DNA of 63,895 nucleotides, the filler included, from Reticulomyxa filosa (taxonomy: Eukaryota > Protista > Foraminifera), in the NCBI GenBank assembly GCA_000512085.1. It is 25 parts of 25 records of this genome, joined end to end, with 100 filler letters (N's around TTAATTAATTAA, not from the genome) between each part and the next. Parts side by side here need not be neighbours in the genome. Positions count along the whole stretch, not along the records: positions 1 to 3,369 come from ASPP01047016.1; positions 3,470 to 4,551 come from ASPP01004317.1; positions 4,652 to 14,261 come from ASPP01013379.1; 22 more parts are not named here. One strand, 5' to 3'. The notes beneath the pieces were generated by a model. That model saw only the letters and a program-made list of their open reading frames with translations. It had not been told where the DNA came from and searched no databases. Positions 1-12,716 of the stretch are shown in pieces. Positions within the stretch are counted from its first letter, which is position 1. Every line of letters begins with the position of its first letter. The translations under genes were made by a program, and so were the position numbers.

Positions 1-930
1 TTTGAATGTGTGTGCTTGGTCTTGTACTGTTCCAAAATTAAAAATTTTTCATACTTATTCAAACTTTCAGATTTTCAAAATATATAAAACTAAACTCCTT
101 GGATAAATGTGGTGTAATCGATAGTCAATTTGAAAATGGTTTCAAATATATGGCCATATGTTCTCAACGACGTTGCGAATGTACTATAGCTGTAATTTGC
201 ATTAACAATGGTTTGGAAATGCAACTTGTTGTTCACATTTGCATTTCTATTCGACAAAAGAACCTCCAAATGAATTCTTGGACCAATGAGGTAAATAGTA
301 TGACTGTTTTCACTGGCGATCTGTTGATTTTTTTTAGTCAATATTTATTTCAGGAAAATTTTTTATATTTAGTGCATCGTTCGATAGGTTACCAAAAGCA
401 TATTTTGAAATTTGTTCAATTCTTGCCAGTATCACACTTCAATATCTTCACCACATAAATAAAAAATTAGTACCAAATTGATAATCGATTGTTGTACGCA
501 AGTTATTTAATGAAAAAGAGTTTGGCACACTTAATGTTCTTTATTCTTTGATTGTTTTTCTTAGTTCTCGTCGTATTGTTGTTCTTCATTGACATATATT
601 CTTCAGCACTTTGCAAATCTCCACATACTATTTTAATTATTTAAACGGCTGCTTTTGGATTTCTGATCATGTGTAAGGTCCTGTCTTGTCAAATACTTCA
701 CACATTTTCTATTTTTTTATTCATACGTTTTTTTTTAAATAACTTAATTTTGTAATTATATAAAACACTAAACTTGGATCGATTGCCATTTTTGAAACCT
801 TTCAATATGTAATAGCGCGTTTGCGGTTGATATGCCACTTGATTGTTGTTCGATGAATGCTTTCGTTTCTATAATGTTATAAGTATGTTTTCACATCAAT
901 TTTTGTCAACAAATAAAAAAAATTTACTTA

Positions 931-960
931 ACTAATGTGGTCATCCCGCACGGGATCACA
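931..960 (-). mobile_element. Possible Helitron-like 3' terminus (GC hairpin followed by a CTAG-like end)
   Basis: Minus strand reads ATCCCGTGCGGGAT (palindrome) then GACCACATTAG-T, in an otherwise very AT-rich region. Confidence 0.2.
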
Positions 961-1004
961 AATTTTTCAATACAAATAAAAAAATTAAAAATTCAAATTT
1001 CAAA

Positions 1005-1305
1005 TTTATTTTTCTTTCACGTTCTTTTTTTTTCTTCTTTTATTATTATTTTCTTTTTCAATATTTTTTCATTATAAAAAGTGTTTTTTTTTTCTTAATA
1101 CTTTTTCTTTTTTTCCTTTTCTCTTTTTTCTTTTTTTATTATCTTCTTTTTTTTATTCTTCCTTTTTTTTTATTACTACATTTTTTTTCGTTCACCTTTT
1201 TTTCTTTTTATTACTCCATTTTCTTTTTTTTCTCCCCCCATTATTCTCAATTTTCCCATCCACTTATTTTTAATTTTCTCCTCCCAATTTTCCAACTTTT
1301 TTTCA
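1005..1305. repeat. T-rich polypyrimidine low-complexity tract
   Basis: About 300 nt made mostly of T runs broken by C or A. Confidence 0.85.
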
Positions 1306-3469
1306 AGATAATACATACACTCTGCAATGTCTTTGTTTCAACTGACCTATATGCACAAACAAAGTTATATTTTATAATTTTTTAAAGAAAGATTAAAAAA
1401 TATATAACTATTATTTGACACCATATCCATTTCTATTGCTGTATAGACACTCACAATCCTTTTTTTAAGTTATGTAAACAAATAAATATATATATGTTTT
1501 TTCTTTGCAGGGGGAATCTATTGAATCACAAACACAATATTATATAACAAAAGAATATCTATGTATATATAAACGAATATAAATATCACAAACCATTATT
1601 CCTCATTGAGGATACAGGGGTAGATTGCGACCCCTTATTCTTTTTTTTTTCTTTTGTATGAAGGTAGTGTATATATTTGTAACGATCTTTGCGGGCGGGG
1701 GAACCTATGTCACACAACAAACAATACAACACTTAAACATATTTTTAAAAAAAAAGATAGATAGAACAAACCTTTATTTCTCCTTTCGGAGACGGAGTGG
1801 TTTCTGCCCCGTGTTCTTTTTTCTTTTCATTCAATTCATCCAACCATTTGCACAATCGCTGCTCCATTTTTTCAATCTATACGTGTTACAATCAAAAACA
1901 TATTTGTATATTATTATTACAACAAAAATAAAACATAAAAATAACTTGACATGACAACGTGTGTCAAGATTTGATTTGGAGTTGTTCGGGGATTATCAAC
2001 GAAATTCCCCACAAAGATTTGAGCAATTGTCAATTGAGTAGGAGCAGGATCAGTTTGTGGACAATCAAGTGGTCATTGCGATCTATTTGATCAGCTGAAT
2101 GCGATGTTGAGTGACAGCGTAAGTGCCATTGGACAGACCAAGCCTTGGTGAAAGTAGATCTGCTGTACAAAAAAGGATTTACATCACCACTGACTTACAA
2201 TTTAACTGCTTGTCAGTTGTGTATTGTATATATCCTTCTTTGTGCCAACAGCGCTTCTTTCACCTTAAAGGCAGGTGCTGATCCATGATGACGACTGACT
2301 CCCATTAAAATTTGCACCAGCAATTGCAGTTGGGGTCATTTGCCAAAGTCGTCCTTGTCGTCATTGTCATCCATTTTTGCTCATGTCGTCCATATTCCAT
2401 TTTTTGCGCCGCATCGTACGACCTATACAAATTTTTTTTGTTTGTTGTTTTAAAAAGAAAAAAAAGTATTAAAAAAAAAAAAAAGAAACTAACATTGACG
2501 TATCGAACAGCATTTCAAAAATATTTCTCGCTGATAGGACTGTGACTTGGCGAATATCGAATTGTTGGTTCATGACGAACTTGTGAGTATTGGCAACAAT
2601 AGCTTGGACGTGTGCGTGGCTTTTGCATAAATTTGGAATATCAATTTTTTTTTTATTAGAGCATGATACATTGGAAGTAAAGGATTGCTGCGGCTGCACA
2701 TATTATTGATAGTCAACGTGGTCACAGACAATTCATCAAATGATCTATTCGCTCCTGTCTGTCCAACCCATTTGCACAATCCATTCGACGGTAGTGTGCT
2801 TTTCATCACGATTACAACCACACTTGCAAATACACTGTATTTTTGTTTGTTTGAAAGAAATCCAGTTTAAATTAAATCTATCATATATACAATCTATCCT
2901 CCCCACTACTATCTCTTGCTATACGTAAACCTCCCTTTTTTTCATGAACATTTTTTTTTATTAGTTCTTTCTATTATTGTTATATACCTGTACGATATTG
3001 ATTTGTATGTTAATTATTGTGATGTCGACGATATTCCAGATGTATATGCGGAAATATTCATTGTAAACATTTTGGCATACATATTCTCATTGGATACCAT
3101 TTGATTGATGATTGGTATGCTTCTGATACCACGTATACTTTCGTGCACAGGTCCATTATTGAAAATTTGCACTGACGATATTCTTATGTTGTTATGGCCC
3201 CGTGGATGTTGCACACATGTCCACATTTGGCTGATAGAGTGGTTGGCCAACATATTCCTTGATATTATCGATATACACATATCGTCTTGATTATTTAAAT
3301 ATTTTGGCCATTTCGTTTGAGTTGTCTCTGGTCACGTTATTTGCACTTGCCATCACGTGCAACGCGTTTNNNNNNNNNNNNNNNNNNNNNNNNNNNNNNN
3401 NNNNNNNNNNNNNTTAATTAATTAANNNNNNNNNNNNNNNNNNNNNNNNNNNNNNNNNNNNNNNNNNNN

Positions 3470-3740
3470 TTCATCGATCGAAATTGATGGTCCATAATGA
3501 TCATTACGTGGAATTACAAAAAAATATCATCGACAATGGGGAGGGGGGTTAATTGTTACAACGAAGTCTCTCAATGCTAATGTACGTATTAGTTTTTTGA
3601 GCTTTTTTTATTAGATCATGTTTTTATGTATTTTTTTGTTACTTTATTGTGACTAAATAAGGAAGCAAGTTAAAAACTCATTTCAATTGCAACAAAACCA
3701 AAATTTCTGAACATTCCAAGAGTGGGAATCGGATTAGCAA
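3470..3740 (+). pseudogene. Degenerate RAP-domain coding fragment (paralogous to 50600-50890)
   Basis: Across frameshifts it reads SIEIDGP*..DHY...[intron]..SKLKTH...FQEWE, resembling the RAP consensus IEVDGPxH..K..L..IP..EW; clear DNA similarity to 50665-50890. Confidence 0.45.
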
Positions 3741-3844
3741 ATATAATGTTTGCTATTTTTTAAGTTTTGGTCTCTTGTCAAAAAATATAGTTTAAAAAAA
3801 AAGGACTCCTGTAGAATCCCTAACAGTGGAGAGAAATCAGCTTA

Positions 3845-4300
3845 ATGAACGTGGACAAAGTTTGCAATTGGTCTTTAAAGTCAAGCTCCTCTAAGAAAGG
3901 CATGACACCACAATTTCGACGAGCGGCGGAAACTCTACACCGCAGAATACTTGAAGCTAGAGGTACATTGAAACTAGCAACGATAATAGATTTTGAAAGT
4001 TTTGCGCAGCTGGACGAACAGAATAAAGACAGCATTGTGGCAAAGAAACACCACGAACCGGCGGCCTCTTCGCATATCTTTGCCAACGAATTTGTAAACA
4101 AAGTCACATTGGACCAAATCGCAAAAAAGGTTATTTCACCACTCACAATCGTCGGCTCGCCAACTTTGACAAAGATAGCACCACCTGTAGACAGCAATGA
4201 TGTGAACCAGCCAGTCGAATGATCCTGACAAGTGCAAGATCGTACAATAAAATCACTATAATATTATGCACACTACTCAAGTATTCGTGACTATTCGTCA
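3845..4300 (+). pseudogene. ORF remnant of a dispersed duplicated family; the 3' part recurs at 14362-14450
   Basis: CTGTAGACAGCAATGATGTGAACCAGC at ~4185 matches CTGTAGACAACAATGATGTGAACCAGC at ~14365. Confidence 0.5.
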
Positions 4301-4655
4301 ATAGTGAAAACATGTGCAGAAGTGGCCTGAGGGGAGAAACAACCCTGAAACCTGAAAATGGAACATTCTCCGAATTATCAGTCGACGGATAGATCGGGCG
4401 TGGTAATTACCGAAAACAAAAATGCGCAAGACGACGAGTTTGAATTGAATAACCAGTTTTACCACCATCAGCAAAATATGAAGAAAAAGTTGGATCAGAA
4501 CTAGTTGTTGATGTGGGCAAGCATTATCCACGTTGAAGAATGGATTTGAGGNNNNNNNNNNNNNNNNNNNNNNNNNNNNNNNNNNNNNNNNNNNNTTAAT
4601 TAATTAANNNNNNNNNNNNNNNNNNNNNNNNNNNNNNNNNNNNNNNNNNNNTTTT

Positions 4656-7600
4656 TTGGAATTGATTGGGTTAGACAGTATCAGCGAATCTGGACTGGCC
4701 GATGAACCGTCGCACACAGCGAACATGAGCATGTCAAGACGAGGCACGATCGCGGCCAGCGGAGTGCCCCCTCGAGACTTGATTTGGAGCACAAAAGAAA
4801 TCCCCACGAAGGTGCACGCCTCTTTGTGGACTCAGCCGCCATTCACCAACGAGGTGCAATCGCCAATGTTCGCGTCCGCCACTTTGACGAAACCCAGCTT
4901 AGTGTATCCCAAATTAAACCTCAACTGCATGAAGGTGTGCACTCCGGAATGCATCACTGTCAAGGTCGGCTGGATGAACAAGGCTGGTGCTCATGTCGGG
5001 TCGGCTGTGAAGAATCGCTATTTCATCTTGACTTCGGACAAAATGCTCCACTATTATGAAAACGACGAATGCAGACAAAAGAAAGGAGAAATCGATTTGA
5101 GAAACATGGAAAAGGTTGCTTTGTCGTCCACCCGAACTGATACCTTGCATATCTTCACGCCTCAACGAAAGTGGGATATTACTTGCGCGTCTCAAAACGA
5201 GGCTATTAAATGGAAAGAAACTATTTTCAAGCTGTTTTGTAGAATATGTTTCATTATTATTGTTGTTATTATTATGTGTATTTAATTTTTTTATATGCAT
5301 ATTTATTTGAGATTTTGCTATTTCTTTTATATCACCTCCCGCTCCCCCCCCTCCCCTTTTTTTTTCCCCTATGTGTACATATATTACCTTGGGATATGTT
5401 TTTGTGGTGTCATCGTTCATTGATTACTTGTTCGAAAATGACTGGCCCCTTGCTTGCTCGGATCAGTGGACAAGACCCAAAGTTAAGAGACTTGCTCTGC
5501 AGCGTTCTTTTTGGTGTTTGCTTGTGACATTTTGTGATGGTGGCTTGAATGGTGTTTGATGTAATAGAAAACTGCGAGACAATATCTTGGCGTATCAAAT
5601 TGGAATTGGGACCTTGGACGAGGTATCTTGCACTTGTTTAATGTCTTGTAACACATTTAAAAAAAAAAAACAACAACAACAAGGGGGGTCGTGTTGTGGG
5701 TTGGAGAACATTAGGCCGATATTGACGAAGACGATATGAAAGACATGGCCGAAACAAACGAACAAAGTAACTCTTCGAACAACGATAACAACGCTGGACG
5801 AGCCGACGAAAGGGTGTGGAAAATGGACGAGGATGAACAAATTGTAAAACTAATGTATTTGAATATTGTGTTTTTAAGAAGATTGTTGCAAAAAAATATT
5901 AAGTATGTTATCGATACCAAAAAAGAAGTGTTGAAAGAGTTAAAAGTTAGCGATGAAGAAGAAAATGAGTTTATCAGCCAACAAGTAATGCGAACGTCTC
6001 CATGGAAATACTTTGAAATGTCCATTAGTGTTGTAGAGACAATGCTCAGCAAATGGAAAAAAGAGGGCTCATGTTTGTTTGTTTGTTTGTTTGTTTGTGT
6101 ATATGCTCTTGCACTTTTGTTGGCTTGGAGACAACCCAATCACATTACAAATACACACAAAACAGACCCAAACAATGTAAAGAAAGCGAGTGATATTCTG
6201 CCCGAAATCATATCACAGGCCCATAAGATCATTATAATCGATCTGTTGAACATGGTCACGAAAAACGAGGAATTGAAGGAAAATGAGTTGATTGAATTAA
6301 TCGATGGGTGCGCTTTGCTAGAAAAAGCAAATGGACAAGAGCAAGCGATCAACGCTTTTGCAGACAAATTGTTGGGCGGTAGCGAATTCTCTGATTTTGA
6401 TGCGGGAGAGCCACTTGCCACTACAGAGCATGTGGAAGTTTAGGATCATTTTGGGAGAGAAGAAGCAAAAAAAAGATATTTTTTTTTTTTGTGAGTGAGT
6501 GAAAAAAAACCATACTTATGCATGACATGTCCACAAACACAGAAAAGATTTACAAGATATATTGAAAAAGTAGACGGGCTAAATAAAACGCTTGGCATGG
6601 TCATTCCCAAATCGTGGCACTTGGAAATTATCCTGTCCAAACGATTCTGCACAATGAGTTTGATTTGTCCTTCGAAAAAGGGGTTTAAAGCAAAGGGGGG
6701 AAAACAGAAAAAGGGCTATAACACACTTTTAAAAAAAAAAACAGCTCGTGATCAATTGGATCAACAATTGCAATCGTTCCCTGAGCCTCATCAAGCGGTA
6801 TTGGATTGTCGTAATAAATGTGCAGAATTTGAGGCGCAGTTGACCAAACGAGCCAAAGCATTTCTACGAGAGGTATGGGGAGGAAAACAGGACAGGGGGG
6901 GGGGACCAAAAAAAAAAAATTTGGAATAAAAACATGTGTTGTGTTATGTATACGTATTTGGATGATAGTTCCATTTGGAAGATGAAAAGAAATTGAATCG
7001 CAAATTCCTCCGTATGATGGCATGTTGACATCAGCATTGAACCGGCATTTGCAAGAGTACATAGCGATGGAAAAGAAAAACGCGCAGCTGGCATTGGACC
7101 ACACGAAGACGGAAACATTTGCAAAGTTTAATGAGGAAAACGAGCTGCGTGGATTTTTGGATACGAAATCGCACAAAGTAATGCGCAAGCTGCCGTCGAC
7201 GGAGAATTTGTTAAGTGCAATCCGGCAAGGGTTCTTAAAAGCAGTGAAACTGTGCGACGAGCATGAGATCGTGGGAGTAGTGAGAGATGGATCACACAAG
7301 CTGTATGAATTTGGAATAATCGTGACGACTGAATTGACAGCAAGTTTGAACTCATTGAAAGACGACTTAGTGTTTGACCCGAGTGTCCCGCCAACGTTGC
7401 AACACATTCTTGAGCACGTGACCAAGGTACTCCGTCTAAAAAGCGACGCGACGCAATCGGGCGACGATACTATGACACTGGATTGGGAAGAAGACGATTT
7501 TGAGGCGAGCATGGGTCCTCAGAAAAGGAGATCGATAACGGCAATAACGACGCAAGACATTGTCGTGGATCGACGATCGAAGAGAGAACAAGCAGACGAA

Positions 7601-9468
7601 AAAATGGATTTGCTAAAAAACGAATGTGACGAGCGAGAATGCGAGAAACGAATTCCAAATCGCAGTGAAAAATGGGCGTTTACAACCAATTGCGTGTGGA
7701 CTTCGTATGAAAACATTCGAAAACTGACGCAAGAAAAAAAAGTGCCGATGCGAAAAAAAACCGAGGAATTGCGAGATCGATTGTTGGAATATTTGATTTA
7801 TTTAACTATTCGTATTTAACTCTGTCACCTTTTGTCAGCAGTCGGTGCCCAATCTGTTGAAGGCGTTTTATAAAGCCGTGTCCAATAAACGCTTACGCAG
7901 AGAAGTCAATTTTGTCCAGTTGTTTGAACTATTTCGTGTGGTGAGGACCACCACGAGCGAATGCATTTCGCAAATTATGATTTCGCTGATCGTGCAAATC
8001 GTGTTGCCAAAATACGATTCCGTTGTTTGGAATGCACCTTCGTGGAAGGATCTCAATACTATTGAACTTATCACTGACATTGTCGATCGTGAATGGGGTA
8101 GCATTGTCATGACTTTACTATTTTATTTGCCCTCGGAAGATTACTTGCTATGTGTCAAGAGGTGCATTTATTTGTTTGCCGAGTTTATCACCAACTATTT
8201 CTTCAAAATGATCCCCACGTCTATGGACCCCCAACTCGCCACGCTCGCACATACCAACGTACAAATGATCAAAGGACGAATGGTGGCCCATTTGAATAAC
8301 GTGAGCAGCAGCTTAGGCGATTCGTTGGTGTTGGTCGTTAAACTTGCGTTCTTGCCCTTGGAGTGCCTCTTGGATTTGCTCAAGTCCGCTCACAATAACA
8401 CCACCACCAAAAAGACTGAGTCGAGTTATTTGAGTGGCTTGTTCCGCCATGATGGAGCCGCTAATAGTGCAAAGGTACGCTCATGTTTGGATCTATTGCT
8501 CTCACATACACACATGCACATAATCGATAGTCATTTCTTTTAATCCTTTTTTTTTTTTTTTCTTGTCCTTTGATTGAATTAGATGCAAATTGTCACTTCC
8601 GATCAAAATTATTTGCTCACTGACACTGTTCTGGCCAATCGTCCCAAACCTCCCGGCTATCGACCTCCTCCTGCCCCTCCTCGCAGTTCTTTCCAGGTCT
8701 GAACCACAATCAAGCCCCAGTCCTGGCATTACATTCAACTCAAGCCCCAGCGCAAGTGCTGGCAAAAAAAAATCCTTCGGAAATCAGTGGCACGAACTCA
8801 CGTGGCAATTGGAAGAATTGGCTGGGAATCAAAGGTCAAGGTGCTGGCGCCAGTGCAAGCTCACAAAAAGCCTTGTCAAATGATCAAGTCGCCAAAGAAA
8901 TGTCAACAAGTATGAGCGAGACGGACGATGAAAAACCTGTTTCCGAAAAACAGATGAAACGCAAGTCCATTGCGGTTACTGGCGATGTTACTCCAGAAAG
9001 TCAAGCAACATTACCAACACTTAGTAACACTCTAAGTGGTTCCACAGACACGAGCACTGTTAAAAAAACACAAAAAACTGACTTTGAACGAAAGCTTGTT
9101 GAATTCTACAGAAAGGATTTTTTGATGGATTTCCAAGAAATTTTATATGTTAAGTGCACTTTTTTTTCCCTCCTTTTTGACAATTTATGTGTCTAATAAT
9201 AATAATAACAATACAGCAATTAACTGAAGAGGAACAAATTGTGTCCCACTCAGTACTACGACAAGAGACTGAAATCCGGCAGACAAAATCTATGTACTTT
9301 GGATATTTTGATATCTCTCACTTCAAACGTATTTCTGAGAGTGAAAAGATCATGCAAAAATTTCGCATCTTGCAACGTATAACAGCGCTTCGCGGGTTGA
9401 CTGACGAAGAATCCAAAAGGGTTCTGAAACTATGCACAGAAACCGAAATTGAAGAAATCGCAGAGTGA
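4656..9468 (+). CDS. PH domain + divergent Vps53-like (GARP/EARP tether) protein; multi-exon, 5' partial
   Basis: PH motifs (KVGWMNKAG..KNRYFIL..LHYY..KKGEIDL..EAIKW). Vps53-like motifs: KRFTRY..VIPKSWHLEIILSKRFCTMTRDQL, EFEAQLTKR, YDGMLTSALNRHLQEYIAMEKKN, LPSTENL, INSVTFC, C-terminal LQRITALRGL. In-frame GT-AG introns; single-base homopolymer frameshifts near 6986, 7817, 8690 and 8765. Confidence 0.75.
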
Positions 9469-10936
9469 TGAAAACAGGGTTTGATGTATTCACAACAATA
9501 TGTCTCGAGACTGTTGTATCATCTTTTTTTTCTTTTGTTTGACAGTTTAGAAGTTGTTATCACAAAATATGCTTGTTGAGGAGTGTGTTCCGTCTCACTG
9601 TTGCGCATTTTAAACCAAACTACTTTTGTCAACATGTTCTGTACATTGCTGTAGCCAAATAGTCATCATTTATTAGGTTGGAAGATTTTCAACAGTTCTA
9701 TTTATGTAGTCCTTTTTGATCATTTTTGAAGACATTGCAAAAATAGTTTTTTAGATGTGTAATTATTACGATATTATTGACTGGGTTGAGTGTCAAAATG
9801 AAAAAGGGGAAATAAGCACAATTAGTTTAGGATTTTAAATTTTTTTAATTGCATTTAAAAAATTCAACAAAAACTTCCACTTTTTTTAAAATATAATTTA
9901 TTGTTCTTCACTGTTCCGAATTCCTATTGAAAGACATATTCGTAAAAAAACAAAAAATAATTAACATAAAAAAAACACAATCTCAGCCTAAATCGTTATC
10001 AAATGATAGTAATTGCATTATATCATAACAAAAAAAACAAAATGTCAATGGTAGTGTAGTGAAAGTGAGAGACTAAGTGTAATACGAAAGGAACTTAGTT
10101 CCAAAAATCGATTTCAGTAAAGAGGAAATAAATTGACAACAATAATTGCAATAAAATGAAGAAAATAGTGAAAAGAAACAAGACAAAAGTGAGTTGTGTT
10201 GTGAAAAATATTTTAATCCACTGGGGGCTCCATTCCATTGGCACTTAGAAGGTTGTAATATGGCCTTATCCTACAATCGTACCTGTGATTAAAAAGCTGC
10301 TGAACAATTTGCGGTCTTCTGTTTGCACGTTTTTTATTTATTCGTCAAGCCTTTCCTTTGGCCAAAAAATACTTTCATTTGACGGCCTCAAACAAAGACC
10401 AAATTATCAATTGTAAATGTCGGTAGAACAAAAAATTAAAAGTAAGGGGTCAATTTAGTTCATAACTTTGCTTTCGGTCGAGAAAAGTAGCTTTGTGTGG
10501 AAAGTTCTCAACTAGGAATAAAAATATCAAATTTGTAATGTAAAAAATCCTGTCATAGCTCTCGAATAATTAAAAAGTGTCACGAGACGAGCCACAGTTT
10601 GCACATTATTATTTTAATTCTTTTCTTTTCTTGGAAGAGAAACCACAAGTAACAAAGAACAAACTAGAGAATTACAAATCTTGTATTAGAGATTTGTCTT
10701 TTTAATTGAATATTTTGTGTGCCAAGATGATGCCTACATAACAATATTCAAACTACGAGTAAGCTTACGTGGTTCTGTTTCCAAAGTTCAAAAAATTAAA
10801 GGGAATTGAGGTGAATTTTGTCAGTAAATTAATCCATAGGTTTCATTGAATTCAAACCAGCGTTGCGTTCAACTGAGTTTGTTTTTCTTTAAAAAAACAG
10901 TTCGATTTTGTTGGAAAAAGATTTGTTGTTGAAAAC

Positions 10937-11977
10937 ATGCACACAAAATGTCAAGCAGTGTGGAAAAGTATACGTATCAACGTAAGATTTTGCGGAACTC
11001 AGTTTACACGCCGATTCGGTGGTAATGCTGGTCATGGCCATGATCATGGCCACGGCCATGGGCACGGTCATGGTCACGAACATAAATCATACACTGGTTA
11101 TGTTCCATCTGGCCCTGCAACTAAACCCGGCTTTCGTCATCGTTAAGTGACCCCACAGTTTTTTTTCGGTCGTGTACGGGGATTAAACGCGCTACTCTCC
11201 CGAAGCTACACTTTTTTATTTTTGTGATTCGATTTTTCGAACATCCTTTTTGTTTTTTTTCCAGTATTTTTAATCTTATTTGTCGCGAGGAAAACAAAAC
11301 AAATAAATAATAATAAAAAAAAAAACAAAAACACTTAAAAAAAAGTTGGAATAAAACAAACAAAAAAAATTTAAAAAAATAACAAATGCAATGGTCGAAC
11401 AGCAATGCGCACAAAACCTCGTTTTGGCCCCACCGGTTTATTTGGATTGCCCATTGTTTGGAGTTGCGCAGTAGGTGTAATTGTGCCACCCGCCATATTC
11501 CTGTTGTTTGGAACAGAAAAAGTGGAACAAAAGCACTGGGCAGAAAAATCTAGCCCATACTTTGATTATCGTGGTGAGAAAGTGGGCTACCATGACTATT
11601 TGAAGAGCCATGGAAAAAAGCATCTATTATCTGGCGCAGATGCTCACCATGGACACGGACACGGACATGATGCAACTGAACATCATGAACATGCAAAAGA
11701 GGAGGAAGAAGCACATCCAGAGGAAAAAGTCCATGAGGAAGAAACCCCAGAACATGAAATACCTAAAACTGTAGAAACGTCTGAAATAAAGACTAGTTCT
11801 TTCCCTGAAGAAGTTCCTGCAAAAGTACCTGAAGGAAAACCGGCAAAAGTTGAATTGAAAGATCACAATCCTGTGAAAGAGGAAGAATCAAGAGGTTATC
11901 CAGTAGAACCCAAAACACCAATTCCGGAAAAAGATAAAGAAAAAGAGAAGGAAAAACCCAAAAAGGGACACCACTAA
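10937..11977 (+). CDS. Predicted mitochondrial single-pass membrane protein with His/Gly repeats (2 exons, intron 11142-11402)
   Basis: Arg-rich, acid-free presequence ending TRRF|GG; GHGHDHGHGH tract; one hydrophobic segment; charged C-terminal tail; phase-1 GT-AG intron joins the two ORFs in frame. Confidence 0.75.
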
Positions 11978-12716
11978 AATAAAAGACATTTTTTAAAAGG
12001 GTGGATTTGCTTGTTTTGTTTGGTTCTCCTGTCCGTCTTTGTCTAAAATTTTTCCAACGTCTGATAAATCGGTGGATGTGAGAGAAATCTTTGCATCTTC
12101 ACTAATTGTTAAGTAGGTTCACCAAGACAGTTGATTATCTGTCGACTCGTAACTGGGTTGCTTAAAAAAAACTTGATTAAGCCTCCACAAAAAGTTTGGG
12201 CCCAATTTTTCAATTGACAAATTGGATGTATATCGTCGGACGTTTTGGAAAACAATTGAAACTGTCTTGTTTTTCAAGTTAGCATGGGACCCCGCACAAA
12301 ATAATTCAATATTTTTCTGGCCCTTTAGTATTTTTGTTTTTTCACCAACGACCCCTTAAGTGGTTTTTCTTATGTAAAAAAAGAAAAACATTTTAGCTAA
12401 CATGCAGTAGTTACAAGGCTTTGATTAGATTTTTATTTCAATGCATGAAAAACTCTTTAGCAAATTGTGCAAATAATATCGATCAATAAGGCCCAACTAA
12501 ATGCCGAATTTTCTGTTTCTTAAAATGGAAAGAAAATTGGCTCTAATTAATTAAGCGCAATTTAACAAGGATGTTATCAAATTTGATATAGTACAAATAT
12601 ATTTCTTTTTGTTGCAACAAAAGCTGTTTTTTGTCGTATTGCAAAATGACAAAAATGAAACAGTCAAAGCTGGCGAAACAGATTTTGAAATATCCGAATT
12701 TTAAAATTCTGCATAA

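Larger units (their letters stand above)
1..3369 (-). pseudogene. Degenerate multi-exon coding-like sequence, family not identified
   Basis: Exon-like, higher-GC blocks on the minus strand alternate with AT-rich intron-like blocks that have GT/AG ends; reading frames contain many stops. Confidence 0.3.

Noticed and set aside
1-3369. In-frame TAA/TGA codons as evidence of a non-standard genetic code
   Set aside because: They co-occur with frameshifts in decayed loci, and intact genes here end in TAA, TAG and TGA
6685-7512. 275-aa minus-strand ORF
   Set aside because: Antisense shadow of the Vps53-like exons, and it crosses an intron
10040-10290. tRNA-like A-box at ~10049
   Set aside because: No B-box (GTTCRA) and no cloverleaf can be formed
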